Below, in pieces: positions 1 to 9,540 of a stretch of 24,000 bases of DNA. The notes beneath the pieces are model-generated. The model had not been told where the DNA came from. It saw only the letters and a program-made list of their open reading frames with translations, and searched no databases. Position 1 is the stretch's first letter; every line of letters starts with the position of its first letter. The position numbers and the translations under genes were made by a program. This DNA comes from Moraxellaceae bacterium (GTDB lineage: Bacteria; Pseudomonadota; Gammaproteobacteria; Pseudomonadales; Moraxellaceae). The DNA is taken from positions 39,723 to 63,722 of the forward strand of contig JAUSND010000012.1 in assembly GCA_030646295.1 (NCBI GenBank), written 5' to 3'.

Positions 1-1
1 C

Positions 2-178
2 GACCCGTGGATCTTTGCCTTCCCGGTACGCCTTGATTTCGGCTATCAGGCGCACCTTCTCAAGGACCGCGAGTTCGAGCTGACGTCCAGCCAGGTCAAC
101 GGCGGCGCCCCGTACGAGACCCTTAAAACCGGTGGCACCGTGCATGCTGTTGCTGGCTCGCTGACACTGAAGTTCTGA
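2..178 (+). CDS. 3' end (58 codons) of an upstream gene, possibly an outer-membrane beta-barrel protein
   Basis: The frame is open from the window edge to TGA at 176-178. The peptide ends ...HAVAGSLTLKF, with alternating hydrophobic residues and a terminal Phe as in OMP C-termini. GAGGGGG and the ATG of the next gene follow within 14 nt, which suggests an operon. Confidence 0.4.
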   Translation, partial: DPWIFAFPVRLDFGYQAHLLKDREFELTSSQVNGGAPYETLKTGGTVHAVAGSLTLKF

Positions 179-191
179 GGGGGCCACCATC

Positions 192-3164
192 ATGCGCATG
201 CTACTCGTTCCCCTGATCCTGCTCGGTCTGCTGGCCGGCTGCGGTGACAAGCAAACAGCAACCCTGCCCGCATCATGGTCGGGCTCGACCGGCCTTTTGT
301 ATGCCTTTCCCCATGACAGCCAGACTCGCATCGCCCCGGCGGCGCCGGTCGTACTGCAATTCTCCAACCCCGTGCAGGCGGCCAGCGGCACCCTCGCCGA
401 CGCCTTCCGGATTGAAGATGATGCCGGCCTGCCGGTAACGTTCACTGCGTCCGCCACCAACGGGGGGCGTGGTGTCTACCTGCTGGCAGCCGCTCCCGGC
501 CTGCGCGAGAACACGCGTTACCACGTGAGCTGGAGCGGTCTCGATGCAGCCGATGGTGCCGTGCAACCGGTACCACTGTCGTTTACCACCCGCCCGGCCA
601 ATCAGGGCCCCGACAGCCTGACCCGCAGCGACAGCACGTTCAGGGTTGAGCGCGCCCTGCCGGTACAGACCAACTTCCCCTTCATGGACTTCTCCACCGT
701 GCGCCTGCAGCTCACCCAGCCGGTGGACACCCGCAGCCTGGTTTACGGCGGCAGCGTGCGCCTTGAGGATGGCAGCGGGACGCTGGTGCCGGCACGGGTG
801 CTGGCCAACCGCCAGTTGCTCAGTATTGACCCGGTCAACGACCTGCAGCCGGGCCAACCTTACACCCTGAAACTGACCCCGGACCTGCTCAGCACCCAGG
901 GTCAGGCACTGGTGCCCGGCACCTACGCCAGCCTTTCCCTGCGGCCAAAAAACTCGGCCCCGCGTGAAACCATTGCCCTGGAAGTACCGTCCACCGCCGT
1001 GACCTCGCCCCTCACCGGCAAGATCATCAACAACGTGCCCATCACCTCGCGCCTGCTTGGCAATGACAGCGCCTCGCAGCAGGGTGGCAGCCTCTACGCC
1101 GAACTGGCCTTTGTGCCCAACTACCCCGAGGCGACACCGTTGCGGGTACCGCGCGGCAACCTGCTCAACGGCAGCAGCGTTGACGTGCAGATCGTCGGCC
1201 GTGTGCCGGCCGGGCTCAATACCGGCGCCATCAGCGTCAGCATTGTCTCCGACGCCACCGGCTACATGACCGCCAACCCCTACAGCACCGCAGTGGATGC
1301 GCCCCGCCTGGTCTACCTGACCATGGACGCGGCCATGTCCTCCTCCACGCCTTCGGCCAATGGCGCCTTCAACCAGAACCTGTTGCATATCGATCTGGTG
1401 GGCACGGCCATCGTCAGGAACGGCCGTCTGGTCATGGATGCCGTGGGCGTGGCCGAGCTGGAGGTACTGGGCCTGGACCAGGCCGCCGGTGTGCTTTCCT
1501 TCCACCTTGAGGGGTATGCCGACCAGACCCTGACACCCGCCAAGCCTGCCGACCTCACCCCGCCGGCGCTGCAATCCTGGCTGCCGGGCAACGAATCCCT
1601 GCGCACCCGGCCCGGTGACCCGATCATCCTGACCTTCACCGAACCACTGGACCCGCAAAGCGTCACCAGCACCAGCGTCCTGCTGAGCAAGGACGGCGTC
1701 AGCGCCGCCGTTGACCTGCGTACCGATGGCAGCTCCGTGGTGATCCGGCCGCAACAGCCGCTGGCCCACAATGCCGACTACCGCGTGCAGTTCAGCGCCG
1801 GTCTCACCGATCTGGCCGGCAATCCCGCAACGCCGCTCAGCCTGGACTTCCGCCTGCCCGATCTGGCCAGTCCCGGCAGCCGCTCGCCAGTGGTGCTGGC
1901 CAGCTACCCCGGTTATCCCTGCGTGACCAGCGGCCGCAATGTCGCGGCCAACCAGCAAGGGCGCTGCGTTGGCGGCAAGGCCGGCGATGACATCCTGCCA
2001 CTGCCGACCCTGCCGACTGAACGCCTGATCCAGGTACAGTTCTCGCAAAGCCTGAATCCGGCCAGTATCCAGCTCGGCACGGCCTGCGCCAGCGGCAGCT
2101 TCCGGGTTGAACGCATGAGTGCGGGCGGCAGTTGCCTGGGTGCCGTGCCGGGCCGGCTCGAAGTCGCCAGCCAGTCGCTGCGCTTCGTGCCCGACCAGCC
2201 GTGGACCGCAGGCGAGCTCTACCGCTACACACTTGTTTCCAACGGCAACAGCCAGTCCTCGGTGGCCACCTGTGACGGCTCCCAGGCCATCTGCGGCAGC
2301 AACGGCCTGCCGCTGCAGACCCAGACCCTGGCGCAGACACCAGCCAGCGCTCCCACAGCCACTGGCGGCGGGACCCCCATGGAGATCTGGTTCCGTGGCG
2401 GCAATGCAGCCGACACGGTGCTCCAGCGCCTGCGCAGCCTGCCGGCCACCGATGTAAATGCCAACTTTGTGTATGACGCCGGCGAAGCGGGGGCCGTGGA
2501 TACCGGGGGCGGCGTGTTTGCCGCACGCAATGGCAGCCGCATCATTACCACGGGTCAGAGCGGCCTGGTGACCGGCTCCAACATCGGCTGCCCTGTCGGC
2601 TCCACGTGTCCGGGGCAGCAGTTCCTCTACCTGAGCAGCACCCTTGATGCCGAAGTGGCCGGCTACGACGAGACAGCGGGGGGTGTGCGTGTGCTGATCC
2701 AGCCCACCCAGCTGATCGCCTCCAGCGTGACCGTGTATGCCACCAGCACCTTTGGCAACATCGTCTCGCCAACCGGACTGCAGGTCATGCGGGCACGCTA
2801 TGCCGTCAATCCTGCCAACGGCCAGCGCGAGCTGCCCATCACGGCTTACATCAAGGACAACGGCGGCCAGCCGCAACTGATGGCCACGCTTGATCTGTAT
2901 CTGGACCTGCCGACCCTGGCACCCAGCCTGATCGGCATCCCCATCAACCATGACCTCTACAGTTATCCGCTCACCGTGGCCGTGAGCGGGCCGGTGCAGT
3001 TCCTGCCCGACGGCCGCATGCTGGCTGTGCTGAAGAACACGGCCGACGTCAACCTGACGGTCTCGCTGAGTGCAGCAACCGTACTGCCCGGCGGCACTAT
3101 CAGCCTGCGCATACCGGCTGGCACCCTGCAAATGGAAGGGGTATCGGCGCCGATCAAGCAGTAA
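192..3164 (+). CDS. large surface/periplasmic lipoprotein with repeated SbsA/Big_5-type Ig-like domains (990 aa)
   Basis: Lipobox signal MRMLLVPLILLGLLAGC. Repeated modules of the type 'SVxxxSVxLxxxGxxVxxxxxxxGxxVxIxPxxPLxxNTxYxVxxxGLxDxAGNP' recur, for example SVTSTSVLLSKDGVSAAVDLRTDGSSVVIRPQQPLAHNADYRVQFSAGLTDLAGNP. An RBS precedes the start and a strong terminator follows the stop. Confidence 0.85.
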   Translation: MRMLLVPLILLGLLAGCGDKQTATLPASWSGSTGLLYAFPHDSQTRIAPAAPVVLQFSNPVQAASGTLADAFRIEDDAGLPVTFTASATNGGRGVYLLAAAPGLRENTRYHVSWSGLDAADGAVQPVPLSFTTRPANQGPDSLTRSDSTFRVERALPVQTNFPFMDFSTVRLQLTQPVDTRSLVYGGSVRLEDGSGTLVPARVLANRQLLSIDPVNDLQPGQPYTLKLTPDLLSTQGQALVPGTYASLSLRPKNSAPRETIALEVPSTAVTSPLTGKIINNVPITSRLLGNDSASQQGGSLYAELAFVPNYPEATPLRVPRGNLLNGSSVDVQIVGRVPAGLNTGAISVSIVSDATGYMTANPYSTAVDAPRLVYLTMDAAMSSSTPSANGAFNQNLLHIDLVGTAIVRNGRLVMDAVGVAELEVLGLDQAAGVLSFHLEGYADQTLTPAKPADLTPPALQSWLPGNESLRTRPGDPIILTFTEPLDPQSVTSTSVLLSKDGVSAAVDLRTDGSSVVIRPQQPLAHNADYRVQFSAGLTDLAGNPATPLSLDFRLPDLASPGSRSPVVLASYPGYPCVTSGRNVAANQQGRCVGGKAGDDILPLPTLPTERLIQVQFSQSLNPASIQLGTACASGSFRVERMSAGGSCLGAVPGRLEVASQSLRFVPDQPWTAGELYRYTLVSNGNSQSSVATCDGSQAICGSNGLPLQTQTLAQTPASAPTATGGGTPMEIWFRGGNAADTVLQRLRSLPATDVNANFVYDAGEAGAVDTGGGVFAARNGSRIITTGQSGLVTGSNIGCPVGSTCPGQQFLYLSSTLDAEVAGYDETAGGVRVLIQPTQLIASSVTVYATSTFGNIVSPTGLQVMRARYAVNPANGQRELPITAYIKDNGGQPQLMATLDLYLDLPTLAPSLIGIPINHDLYSYPLTVAVSGPVQFLPDGRMLAVLKNTADVNLTVSLSAATVLPGGTISLRIPAGTLQMEGVSAPIKQ

Positions 3165-3185
3165 CGGCAGCGGATCACCGCACAT

Positions 3186-3217
3186 AAAAAAGCCCGTCGC
3201 GATGACGGGCTTTTTTA
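3186..3217. terminator. bidirectional rho-independent terminator
   Basis: Stem gcccgtc (3192-3198) pairs with gacgggc (3204-3210). It is flanked by an A-run (3186-3191) and a T-run (3211-3216), and lies between convergent genes. Confidence 0.75.
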
Positions 3218-3252
3218 TGTCATTTTGCGGGCAGCTTCAGGGCAACCTCAGG

Positions 3253-4236
3253 TCACCTTGCCTGCGCCGAGGCCACCTGCTTGCCGTCCTGGCACGTGTC
3301 GGCCTCGTCACCGATCACCCACACCCCCAGCAGGCGATGCACCAGCCCGCCCGGCTTGAGCACGGTAAACCACAGCAGCGCCAGCGCCAGCGGCAGGCCG
3401 ATGACGTAGCTGAGCACGTGCATGCCGGTGTTGGCCGGGATGTGGCCCAGACCGCGCGCCACGTGATTGCCCACGCCCAGTGCCGCCCCCACGTAATTCA
3501 CTACCACGGCCGAGAAGATGGCCGCGCCCAGGGCAATGACAAAGACCGCCAGCAGATAGCGCCCCAGCATGCGCAGACCAAAGCCCGTGCTGCGCACCGA
3601 CAGGTCCGGCCGCCCGCCATGCCGGCCCTCGGCACGCAGGCCCTCGGTGTACCAGCAGAACATCAGCACTCCGAACGGCGGCAACAGGTAGACGCCATCC
3701 AGATACAGGGTGAACGCCACGCCCGAGGTGAGAAAGGCCAGCACCGCCGGGAAAAATCCTGCCAGCGTGGTGGCGCCGCTCACGCCCGGCGTCCACGCCG
3801 GCGAGCCGGCCACCATGTCGCGGTCGTAGAAAAAGCGGTCAAAGCCCAGACCGTCCCAGCCATAGACCAGAATGAAGAACATGCCGAAGTAGCCCAGCAT
3901 CCAGTTAAGGTTGGCCAGGTAGATCTTGTTCTGGCGCAGCAACAGCACGCCCACCCAGAAGCCCAGGATGCCCTGCGTAATGTTGGTCAGGCCAAAACCC
4001 AGAATGAGAAACTCGTTCATGCTGGCCAGACTGTCCGCCGCCTGCATCGTCTCCCACGAGGGGTGCCGTATCAGCAGCAGCATGCCCGTGGGCGCCCAGC
4101 ACAGCGCCAGAAACAGCACCGTCCAGACAAAGTATTTGCTCTCGAACGGCTTGTCGCGCTTTACCAGCTGGCGGCCAGCCCCCAGCGCCAGACTGGCCCC
4201 AAACCCATAAGCCCAGAACACATCGACTTCGACCAT
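3253..4236 (-). CDS. multi-pass integral membrane protein of unknown function (327 aa)
   Basis: The sequence is strongly hydrophobic with about 8-9 predicted TM stretches. RBS GGAGAAGG lies 5-6 nt upstream of the ATG (reverse complement of 4240-4250). The 402-aa ORF on the opposite strand is Arg/Gln/His-rich junk. Confidence 0.8.
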   Translation of the reverse strand: MVEVDVFWAYGFGASLALGAGRQLVKRDKPFESKYFVWTVLFLALCWAPTGMLLLIRHPSWETMQAADSLASMNEFLILGFGLTNITQGILGFWVGVLLLRQNKIYLANLNWMLGYFGMFFILVYGWDGLGFDRFFYDRDMVAGSPAWTPGVSGATTLAGFFPAVLAFLTSGVAFTLYLDGVYLLPPFGVLMFCWYTEGLRAEGRHGGRPDLSVRSTGFGLRMLGRYLLAVFVIALGAAIFSAVVVNYVGAALGVGNHVARGLGHIPANTGMHVLSYVIGLPLALALLWFTVLKPGGLVHRLLGVWVIGDEADTCQDGKQVASAQAR

Positions 4237-4276
4237 GATCCTTCTCCTTTGCTGCGTCAGGCAAACACGCTCAAAT

Positions 4277-4300
4277 AACGGAATGACATATCATTCCGTT
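4277..4300. promoter_or_regulatory. perfect 10-bp inverted repeat (candidate operator) upstream of the membrane-protein gene
   Basis: aacggaatga-cata-tcattccgtt lies 41-64 nt upstream of the start codon at 4236. It sits in an AT-rich patch, and neither strand has a convincing T-run. Confidence 0.3.
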
Positions 4301-4450
4301 TAATTGCTTTAAAAAAACCACCTGCGGGCAGGGGCTTGTTTGCACTATTAGCGGTGACTCCGGGTCATGGATTGGCCCAATTGCCACACACTCCCGGCAA
4401 ACAGGCCAATCCGGCCCTGCCGTCGTTGCGGATGCCTGCCGGGTGAGGCG

Positions 4451-4858
4451 TCATGGTGCCAGCTTTGGTTGCCAGGCACAGTAGCCGGGGCGGGGGCCAA
4501 CCTGCGGGTGGTTGCGGCAAGTGTCCGGGCGTTTTGCATAAATGGTGCAAAGCCGGCTGGACGGATCAAGGTAGCGGCAGTCACCGTTAGCCCGCCGGGC
4601 CAGCGTAAACAGGCCGCTCTTGTGGTTGAAGTGCCCGATGATGCCGGCCTTGGTCAGGCGACGGGCAATCTGCTTTAGCGGCTCCTGCCGTTCAAATTCG
4701 TCGGCCTCACCCAGACGGATCAAATCCTCCAGACGCACTTCCACCGGCAGGCTGCAGCAGGTACCACGGCAGCTTGCGCACAGGGATTTGTGATACTTCA
4801 CCCACGTATCCAGCCGCTCGGTATCGGCGGCCACAGCCAGTTTTTTCATGACGCTCAT
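4451..4858 (-). CDS. YkgJ/UPF0153-family cysteine-cluster (Zn/Fe-chelating) protein
   Basis: The N-terminal motif CASCRGTCCS (CxxCxxxCC) and the C-terminal motif CRYL...SRLCTIYAKRPDTCRNHP are the family signature. Length is 135 aa. Confidence 0.8.
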   Translation of the reverse strand: MSVMKKLAVAADTERLDTWVKYHKSLCASCRGTCCSLPVEVRLEDLIRLGEADEFERQEPLKQIARRLTKAGIIGHFNHKSGLFTLARRANGDCRYLDPSSRLCTIYAKRPDTCRNHPQVGPRPGYCAWQPKLAP

Positions 4859-5132
4859 GCGGTAGGGCGCGTAGTTGCAGAAGGAGGAATGGCGCGGATA
4901 AGGGCCCGCTAAGCCAGCCTGCGGATTCTACGCCGACCGGTGCATCGGGGGCAGTGGTTCTGGAACAGTGGGCCTGGGGCCTGCCATGCCTCAGGCAGGC
5001 ATTCATGCCGCGTTTCTCCGGCAATGCGCACCGACTGTCGCCGCCACGGTAATCCTGTCACCCAGCCAGCCCGGGATGCCACGCCGGCCCGCAGACCTGC
5101 TTAACTGAACCCAAAGCCTCCGGAGTGTGGCG

Positions 5133-7565
5133 ATGATCTGCCGTTGCCGTAGTGATACAGGATGTACCCGGCTCTGCCACCGCCTCACGGCAGGCGTTGT
5201 GCTATGGCTTTGCCTGCTGGCAACGTCGGCCTTTGCGGCACCCCGCGTGTTGCTGCTCAACTCCTACCATCCGCAATTCGCCTGGGCGGCGCAGCTGACA
5301 CTCGGCGTGCAGCAGGCACTGGCCGGCCACATTCCCGAAGAAAACCTGCACATCGAATTTCTGGACGGCCGCCGCATGGTCGACGATCCCGCCTACCTGG
5401 CCCAGCTGAAAATTCTGCTCAAGCATAAATACGCCCGCTTTCCACCCGACGTCATCATCAGCAGTGACGACTACGCCTACGACCTGCTGTTGTCATCACG
5501 CGACGAGCTCTTCGGCCCCGACACACCCGTCGTCTTCTGCGGCGTGAATGTGTTTGATCCACTACGACTCAAGGGCAAAAAACATTTCACCGGCCTGCTT
5601 GAAGGCATGGAGATCGCAGGCAACCTGAACCTCATCCAGCAGATGCAGCCCGATGTGCAACGCATCATCATGCTCACTGATCGCACCACCTTCGGTGCAC
5701 GCATGGCGTCCGAGGCCCGACGCATGATGCAGCAGCGCGCCGGCAAGCCGGGGCCGCGTGTAGAACTCTGGGACGACTTCACTCAGGACGAACTGTGGCA
5801 ACGACTGCGGCAATTGCCGCCACGCTCGGCCATTCTCATGCTGGCCATCCACCAGACACGCGATAACCGCTACTTTTCCTTTGCCGAACACCTGCCACTG
5901 GTGTCCCGCAACGGTCACGCACCGGTCTACGGCATGTGGGGCGCCCTCATGATCGGCAACGGCGCCATCGGCGGACTGATGAACGACCCCCACCAGCACG
6001 GACATGCCGCCGCCAAGGTGGCACTCGATATTCTGGCCGGAACGCCGGCCGATGCCATTGCGATCCTGCCGCAATCGCAATTCAGTCCGCAGTTTGATTA
6101 TCGCGAACTGCAACGCTTCCGCATCAGCATGCAACGTCTGCCCGCCGGCAGCAGGCTGTTTTTCCGCCCCCCCAGTTTTTACGAAACCCACCGGCCCGTG
6201 TTGCTTGGCAGCCTTGCCGTTGTTGTCGGCCTGCTGGTCATCATCGGCCTGCTGGTCAATCGCAACCGGCGTCGCACCCATGTCACCGAACTGCTCGCCG
6301 ACGCCAACCGCCAGCTTGAGGTTCGCGTGCAAGAACGCACCGCCGAGCTGAGCGAAGCCAAGGCCAGTTCCGAAGCCGCAAACGCAGCCAAAAGCCTGTT
6401 CCTGGCCACCATGAGCCACGAAATCCGCACGCCCATGAACGGCGTCATCGGCCTGCTGGAATTGCTGCAGCAGGAATCACTGCCGCCGGAGCAGCAAGAA
6501 ATGCTGCACGCCGCCAACGACTCGGCCCACACACTGATGCAAATCCTCGACGACATCCTGGATTTCTCGCGCATCGAGTCCGGCCGCATGCAACTGGACT
6601 GCATTCCCTTCAATCCGGACGGTGTCGCGCGCAGCGTGATCATGACGCTGAAGCCTGTTGCTGCCACCAAAGGCCTGCGCCTGTCGTATGCCAACGGTCA
6701 TGCACCGTTGCCCGCCTGCATGGGTGATCCCGGTCGAATACGGCAAGTCCTGCAGAATCTGGTCAACAACGCCATCAAGTTCACGCCCGCCACGCCGGCC
6801 AGCAATGAAGACGAAGTGGTGATCAGCATCGCGGTGACCGGACAACAGGAAGACCGCATCACGCTCGTGATCAGCGTCAGGGACCGCGGCATCGGCATGA
6901 ATGACGAGGCGAGGGCGCAACTCTTCCAGCCCTTTACCCAGGCCGACAGCTCCATCACGCGCCGCTTTGGCGGCAGCGGCCTCGGACTGTCGATCTGCAA
7001 ACGCCTGGTCGACCTCATGGGCGGCAGCATCGAGGTACACAGCCAGCCGGACAAGGGCAGCGAATTCCGCATCCAGCTCACGCTGCCGCTGGCCGACAGT
7101 GCCGAGCATGTGGAGCAGCACTTTTCCTCCAGTGCCGTCATCGCCCGCCAGCCCATGGAAGATCTGGCCGAGGCCGAAGCGCAGGGCCGGCTCATCCTGC
7201 TTGCCGAAGACAATCCCGTTAACCAGCAGGTCGCCATTCGCCAGCTGGCATGGCTGGGTCATCCTTGTCTGCTTGCCACCAACGGCATCGAAGCACTCGC
7301 CCTGTGGCAGCAACATCGCATTGGCCTGATCCTGAGTGACGTGCAAATGCCGGACATGGATGGCCTGAGCCTGACACGGGAAATCCGTCGGCGCGAAAGT
7401 GAAAACCAGTTACCGCACACGCCGATTGTTGCCATGACCGCCAGCGCACTCACCGACGATACCGCGCATTGCCTGCGCGCCGGCATGGACGACTTTCTGG
7501 CCAAACCGGTTGAGCTCGGCGTGCTCAGGCAACGCCTGGACCGGTGGTTGCCACCACCGAAATAA
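5133..7565 (+). CDS. hybrid sensor histidine kinase/response regulator with a periplasmic ABC-substrate-binding-like sensor domain
   Basis: The ORF begins at GTG 5127, but the ATG at 5133 has GGAG at 5122-5125. There is a signal/TM segment, then a periplasmic domain ([14 protein letters not shown]...) and the TM helix [18 protein letters not shown]. Kinase motifs follow: H-box [11 protein letters not shown], then [16 protein letters not shown] and [11 protein letters not shown]. The C-terminal receiver reads [10 protein letters not shown]...[10 protein letters not shown]...AMTA...K. Confidence 0.9.
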   Translation: MICRCRSDTGCTRLCHRLTAGVVLWLCLLATSAFAAPRVLLLNSYHPQFAWAAQLTLGVQQALAGHIPEENLHIEFLDGRRMVDDPAYLAQLKILLKHKYARFPPDVIISSDDYAYDLLLSSRDELFGPDTPVVFCGVNVFDPLRLKGKKHFTGLLEGMEIAGNLNLIQQMQPDVQRIIMLTDRTTFGARMASEARRMMQQRAGKPGPRVELWDDFTQDELWQRLRQLPPRSAILMLAIHQTRDNRYFSFAEHLPLVSRNGHAPVYGMWGALMIGNGAIGGLMNDPHQHGHAAAKVALDILAGTPADAIAILPQSQFSPQFDYRELQRFRISMQRLPAGSRLFFRPPSFYETHRPVLLGSLAVVVGLLVIIGLLVNRNRRRTHVTELLADANRQLEVRVQERTAELSEAKASSEAANAAKSLFLATMSHEIRTPMNGVIGLLELLQQESLPPEQQEMLHAANDSAHTLMQILDDILDFSRIESGRMQLDCIPFNPDGVARSVIMTLKPVAATKGLRLSYANGHAPLPACMGDPGRIRQVLQNLVNNAIKFTPATPASNEDEVVISIAVTGQQEDRITLVISVRDRGIGMNDEARAQLFQPFTQADSSITRRFGGSGLGLSICKRLVDLMGGSIEVHSQPDKGSEFRIQLTLPLADSAEHVEQHFSSSAVIARQPMEDLAEAEAQGRLILLAEDNPVNQQVAIRQLAWLGHPCLLATNGIEALALWQQHRIGLILSDVQMPDMDGLSLTREIRRRESENQLPHTPIVAMTASALTDDTAHCLRAGMDDFLAKPVELGVLRQRLDRWLPPPK

Positions 7566-7625
7566 TCCTGGCGACACCACGGTTTGCCACTCTCTCAACA
7601 ACGCCAGCCTCCCGGACATCACACC

Positions 7626-7660
7626 CAAAAGAAAAGCCGGCGCACATCATGCCGCCGGCC
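7626..7660 (-). terminator. rho-independent terminator for the small minus-strand gene, possibly also stopping the kinase
   Basis: Stem gccggcg (7636-7642) pairs with cgccggc (7653-7659). On the minus strand it is followed by TTTTCTTTTG. Confidence 0.55.
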
Positions 7661-7687
7661 TTCAGGTTGATGTAAACGGATGCAACC

Positions 7688-8008
7688 TTAGCGGGGCAAT
7701 GATTTTCCCGGCCGATTGCGCAACGCAGTTTTCGCGTTTTGTGTTGCCGGACGCGGAAACTTTTCATGCAGGAACGAGAGCAGGGCGCTGTGATCATGCA
7801 GCCGGTGCATGGCTGCACGTACCCGCTTGTAATCATGCTTGACCGCGCTCAGCGCGCTGGTTGTATCGCTACGTAAGTGAGTGAGCGCCGTCGTTGCATC
7901 ACTGCGGAAATGCTGCACCTTTTCCGACAACTGCTGCAGGGCGTCGCCCTCGGTGAACGGCTGCGGTTGTCCCGCCGCCTTGTGCTGCGTGATCTTTCTG
8001 GATTCCAT
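7688..8008 (-). CDS. small hypothetical protein (106 aa) with an internal RSDxTxAL duplication
   Basis: The ATG at 8008 is preceded by AAGGTGG 6 nt upstream, and a terminator lies downstream. The protein carries RSDATTALTHL and RSDTTSALSAV as a tandem motif. I recognise no family. Confidence 0.5.
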   Translation of the reverse strand: MESRKITQHKAAGQPQPFTEGDALQQLSEKVQHFRSDATTALTHLRSDTTSALSAVKHDYKRVRAAMHRLHDHSALLSFLHEKFPRPATQNAKTALRNRPGKSLPR

Positions 8009-8320
8009 GGTGGCCACCTTCAAGAATCAGTGCGTGCCAGATACGCATCAGTCTCGTCACGACTCCGGGCACTGATGAGTGTCCCGTTCCAGGGTCGGCT
8101 GTCGAGCCCCGGCGAGGCGAATGCACGCGCCCGGCGACATACGTTGCGGTCTGATCGGAGGGCGTGATGAAACCGTACTCCTACCGGCCTGTCGCTTCAA
8201 TGACAACAACCCCATTCCATTAAGCCAGTCTGCACCAAAGGACCCGTGCATTAGGCGAGTGCCATCTAAGGAAAATAGTCCGGTGCGTGCAACCAGCAAC
8301 GACAAGGGCGATCAGGCCAA

Positions 8321-9232
8321 TCAGTTCGCCTGCCGGCAATCCCCCAGAACCAGACCGCCCGGCTGCATGTCGATAACCGTGCCGGTTAGCGTGGCGAAGT
8401 TGCCTTCCGACAGGGTGAGGAAGAACTTGGCCTGGTCTTTGGCCAGTGCGCATTTGATCTGGTAGTTGAGGTCGTTGAACTGGGTTTCCTGACGCACGCC
8501 GAGCAGGCCGCGGGTTTGCGTGACCAGATAATTCACGGCCATGTCGCCGTGCAGGGGCGAGCCGGTAACGGTGTAGATCTGCCCGTCCACGCGGTATTTG
8601 CGGCCGATGTATTTGGCGCGCACCGAGGCAAAGGCCTCTTCGTATTCACCCGATGATGCCGATACACCGGTGCCGATCAGGGCACGGCTCAACTGGCCCT
8701 TGGCCGCCACGGGCGACAGCGCCTTTTTCACCACCTTGCCGATTTCGGCGGAGAGCTTTTCGGCCTTGGCATCCGTTACCTTGTTTATGCCGGTTTTCTC
8801 GCGCGCGGCAGCGGCGATGGCGTCGCCTTCCTTGCCGGTCTTGAGCTTTGCCAGCAGCGAACAGAATTCCGTGCGCACGGCGGCGGCTTCGGTTTTCTGG
8901 CCACGGGCCAGCTTGGTGCTGATGCTTACCTTGCCCGACTTGTCGGCCGTGGCCAGCATCACGATGGCAGGATTGTTGCTGTCCTGGATGAAATACAGCT
9001 CGCCGGCACCACCCTTGATGAGCTCGCCACCCACTTTGTAGCCGCCATCCAGCGCAATCTGCTGCAACTGCCCCAGCGCACTCTGCGCACTCAGGCCTTG
9101 CACCTTCACCTGCCCGGAAAAGAACAGGCCGTTACGGGGATCACCCACTGACTGAAAACCGTCTTCGCAGCTCTGCGCCAGCGCAAAACCCGAAAGCATC
9201 ACAAGACCTGCTGCGAAAACTGCCTTATTCAT
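8321..9232 (-). CDS. secreted/periplasmic protein of unknown function (303 aa)
   Basis: Sec signal MNKAVFAAGLVMLSGFALA-QS. The mature part is Lys/Ala-rich and soluble. Host-like GC content. Confidence 0.8.
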   Translation of the reverse strand: MNKAVFAAGLVMLSGFALAQSCEDGFQSVGDPRNGLFFSGQVKVQGLSAQSALGQLQQIALDGGYKVGGELIKGGAGELYFIQDSNNPAIVMLATADKSGKVSISTKLARGQKTEAAAVRTEFCSLLAKLKTGKEGDAIAAAAREKTGINKVTDAKAEKLSAEIGKVVKKALSPVAAKGQLSRALIGTGVSASSGEYEEAFASVRAKYIGRKYRVDGQIYTVTGSPLHGDMAVNYLVTQTRGLLGVRQETQFNDLNYQIKCALAKDQAKFFLTLSEGNFATLTGTVIDMQPGGLVLGDCRQAN

Positions 9233-9306
9233 GGGTATCCACCTGATTCCTGCCTATACGTTCGGCACAAATTCTGCCTGCCGCCACGCTGGCCTGTCCA
9301 GCCAAA

Positions 9307-9380
9307 GCGGGCACCGTGCAATGGTACTACCCTAGCTTCCCAAGCTAGAGCCGTGGGTTCGATTCCCATCGCCCGCTCCA
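9307..9380 (+). tRNA. tRNA-Gly(CCC)-like gene with a degenerate 5' third (possible pseudo-tRNA)
   Basis: A 74-nt cloverleaf can be drawn, with anticodon loop ttCCCaa, T-arm gtggg-ttcgatt-cccat and an encoded CCA. Three features look defective: C at position 8, an A7.C66 acceptor mismatch, and a D-stem C13.C22 mismatch plus a G.U pair. The 3' 53 nt are identical to the tRNA at 11766-11839. Confidence 0.5.
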
Positions 9381-9457
9381 CTGTTTTACAAGGGTTTTAA
9401 CCATACAGGCCCCTCGTCCTGAGGGCACTGTTATGACTTTTGTGGCCCCTTCTAGCC
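9328..9457. repeat. left arm of a 130-bp perfect inverted repeat (3' 53 nt of the tRNA plus 77 nt of 3' flank)
   Basis: I checked by hand, base by base, that this arm is the exact reverse complement of 11689-11818. Imperfect similarity continues outward to about 9281 (blocks cgctggc and gtccagcc) and more weakly inward (cgcacaagga at 9496-9505 versus 11667-11676). Confidence 0.92.
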
Positions 9458-9540
9458 ATACTTCCTTTCTTCACCATTTCCCCTAATGAGTTGCTCGCAC
9501 AAGGATTACTAGCGCCGCCATGAAATGTGATTGGAGGAAA

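Noticed and set aside
273-3185. 970-aa ORF on the minus strand, mirroring the lipoprotein gene
   Set aside because: This is the classic high-GC antisense ORF. It is Arg/Gly/Ala/His-rich, has no signal, motif or RBS, and is fully overlapped by a plus-strand gene that has a lipobox, domain repeats and a terminator.
3070-4278. 402-aa plus-strand ORF overlapping the membrane-protein gene
   Set aside because: The composition is low-complexity Gln/Arg/His (QRQRQRQ...). The opposite strand encodes a coherent multi-TM protein with a strong RBS.
8072-8079. CTGATGAG, the hammerhead-ribozyme core box
   Set aside because: No GAAA box, no stem II/III pairing and no UH cleavage site lie at appropriate spacing. 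This is a chance octamer.
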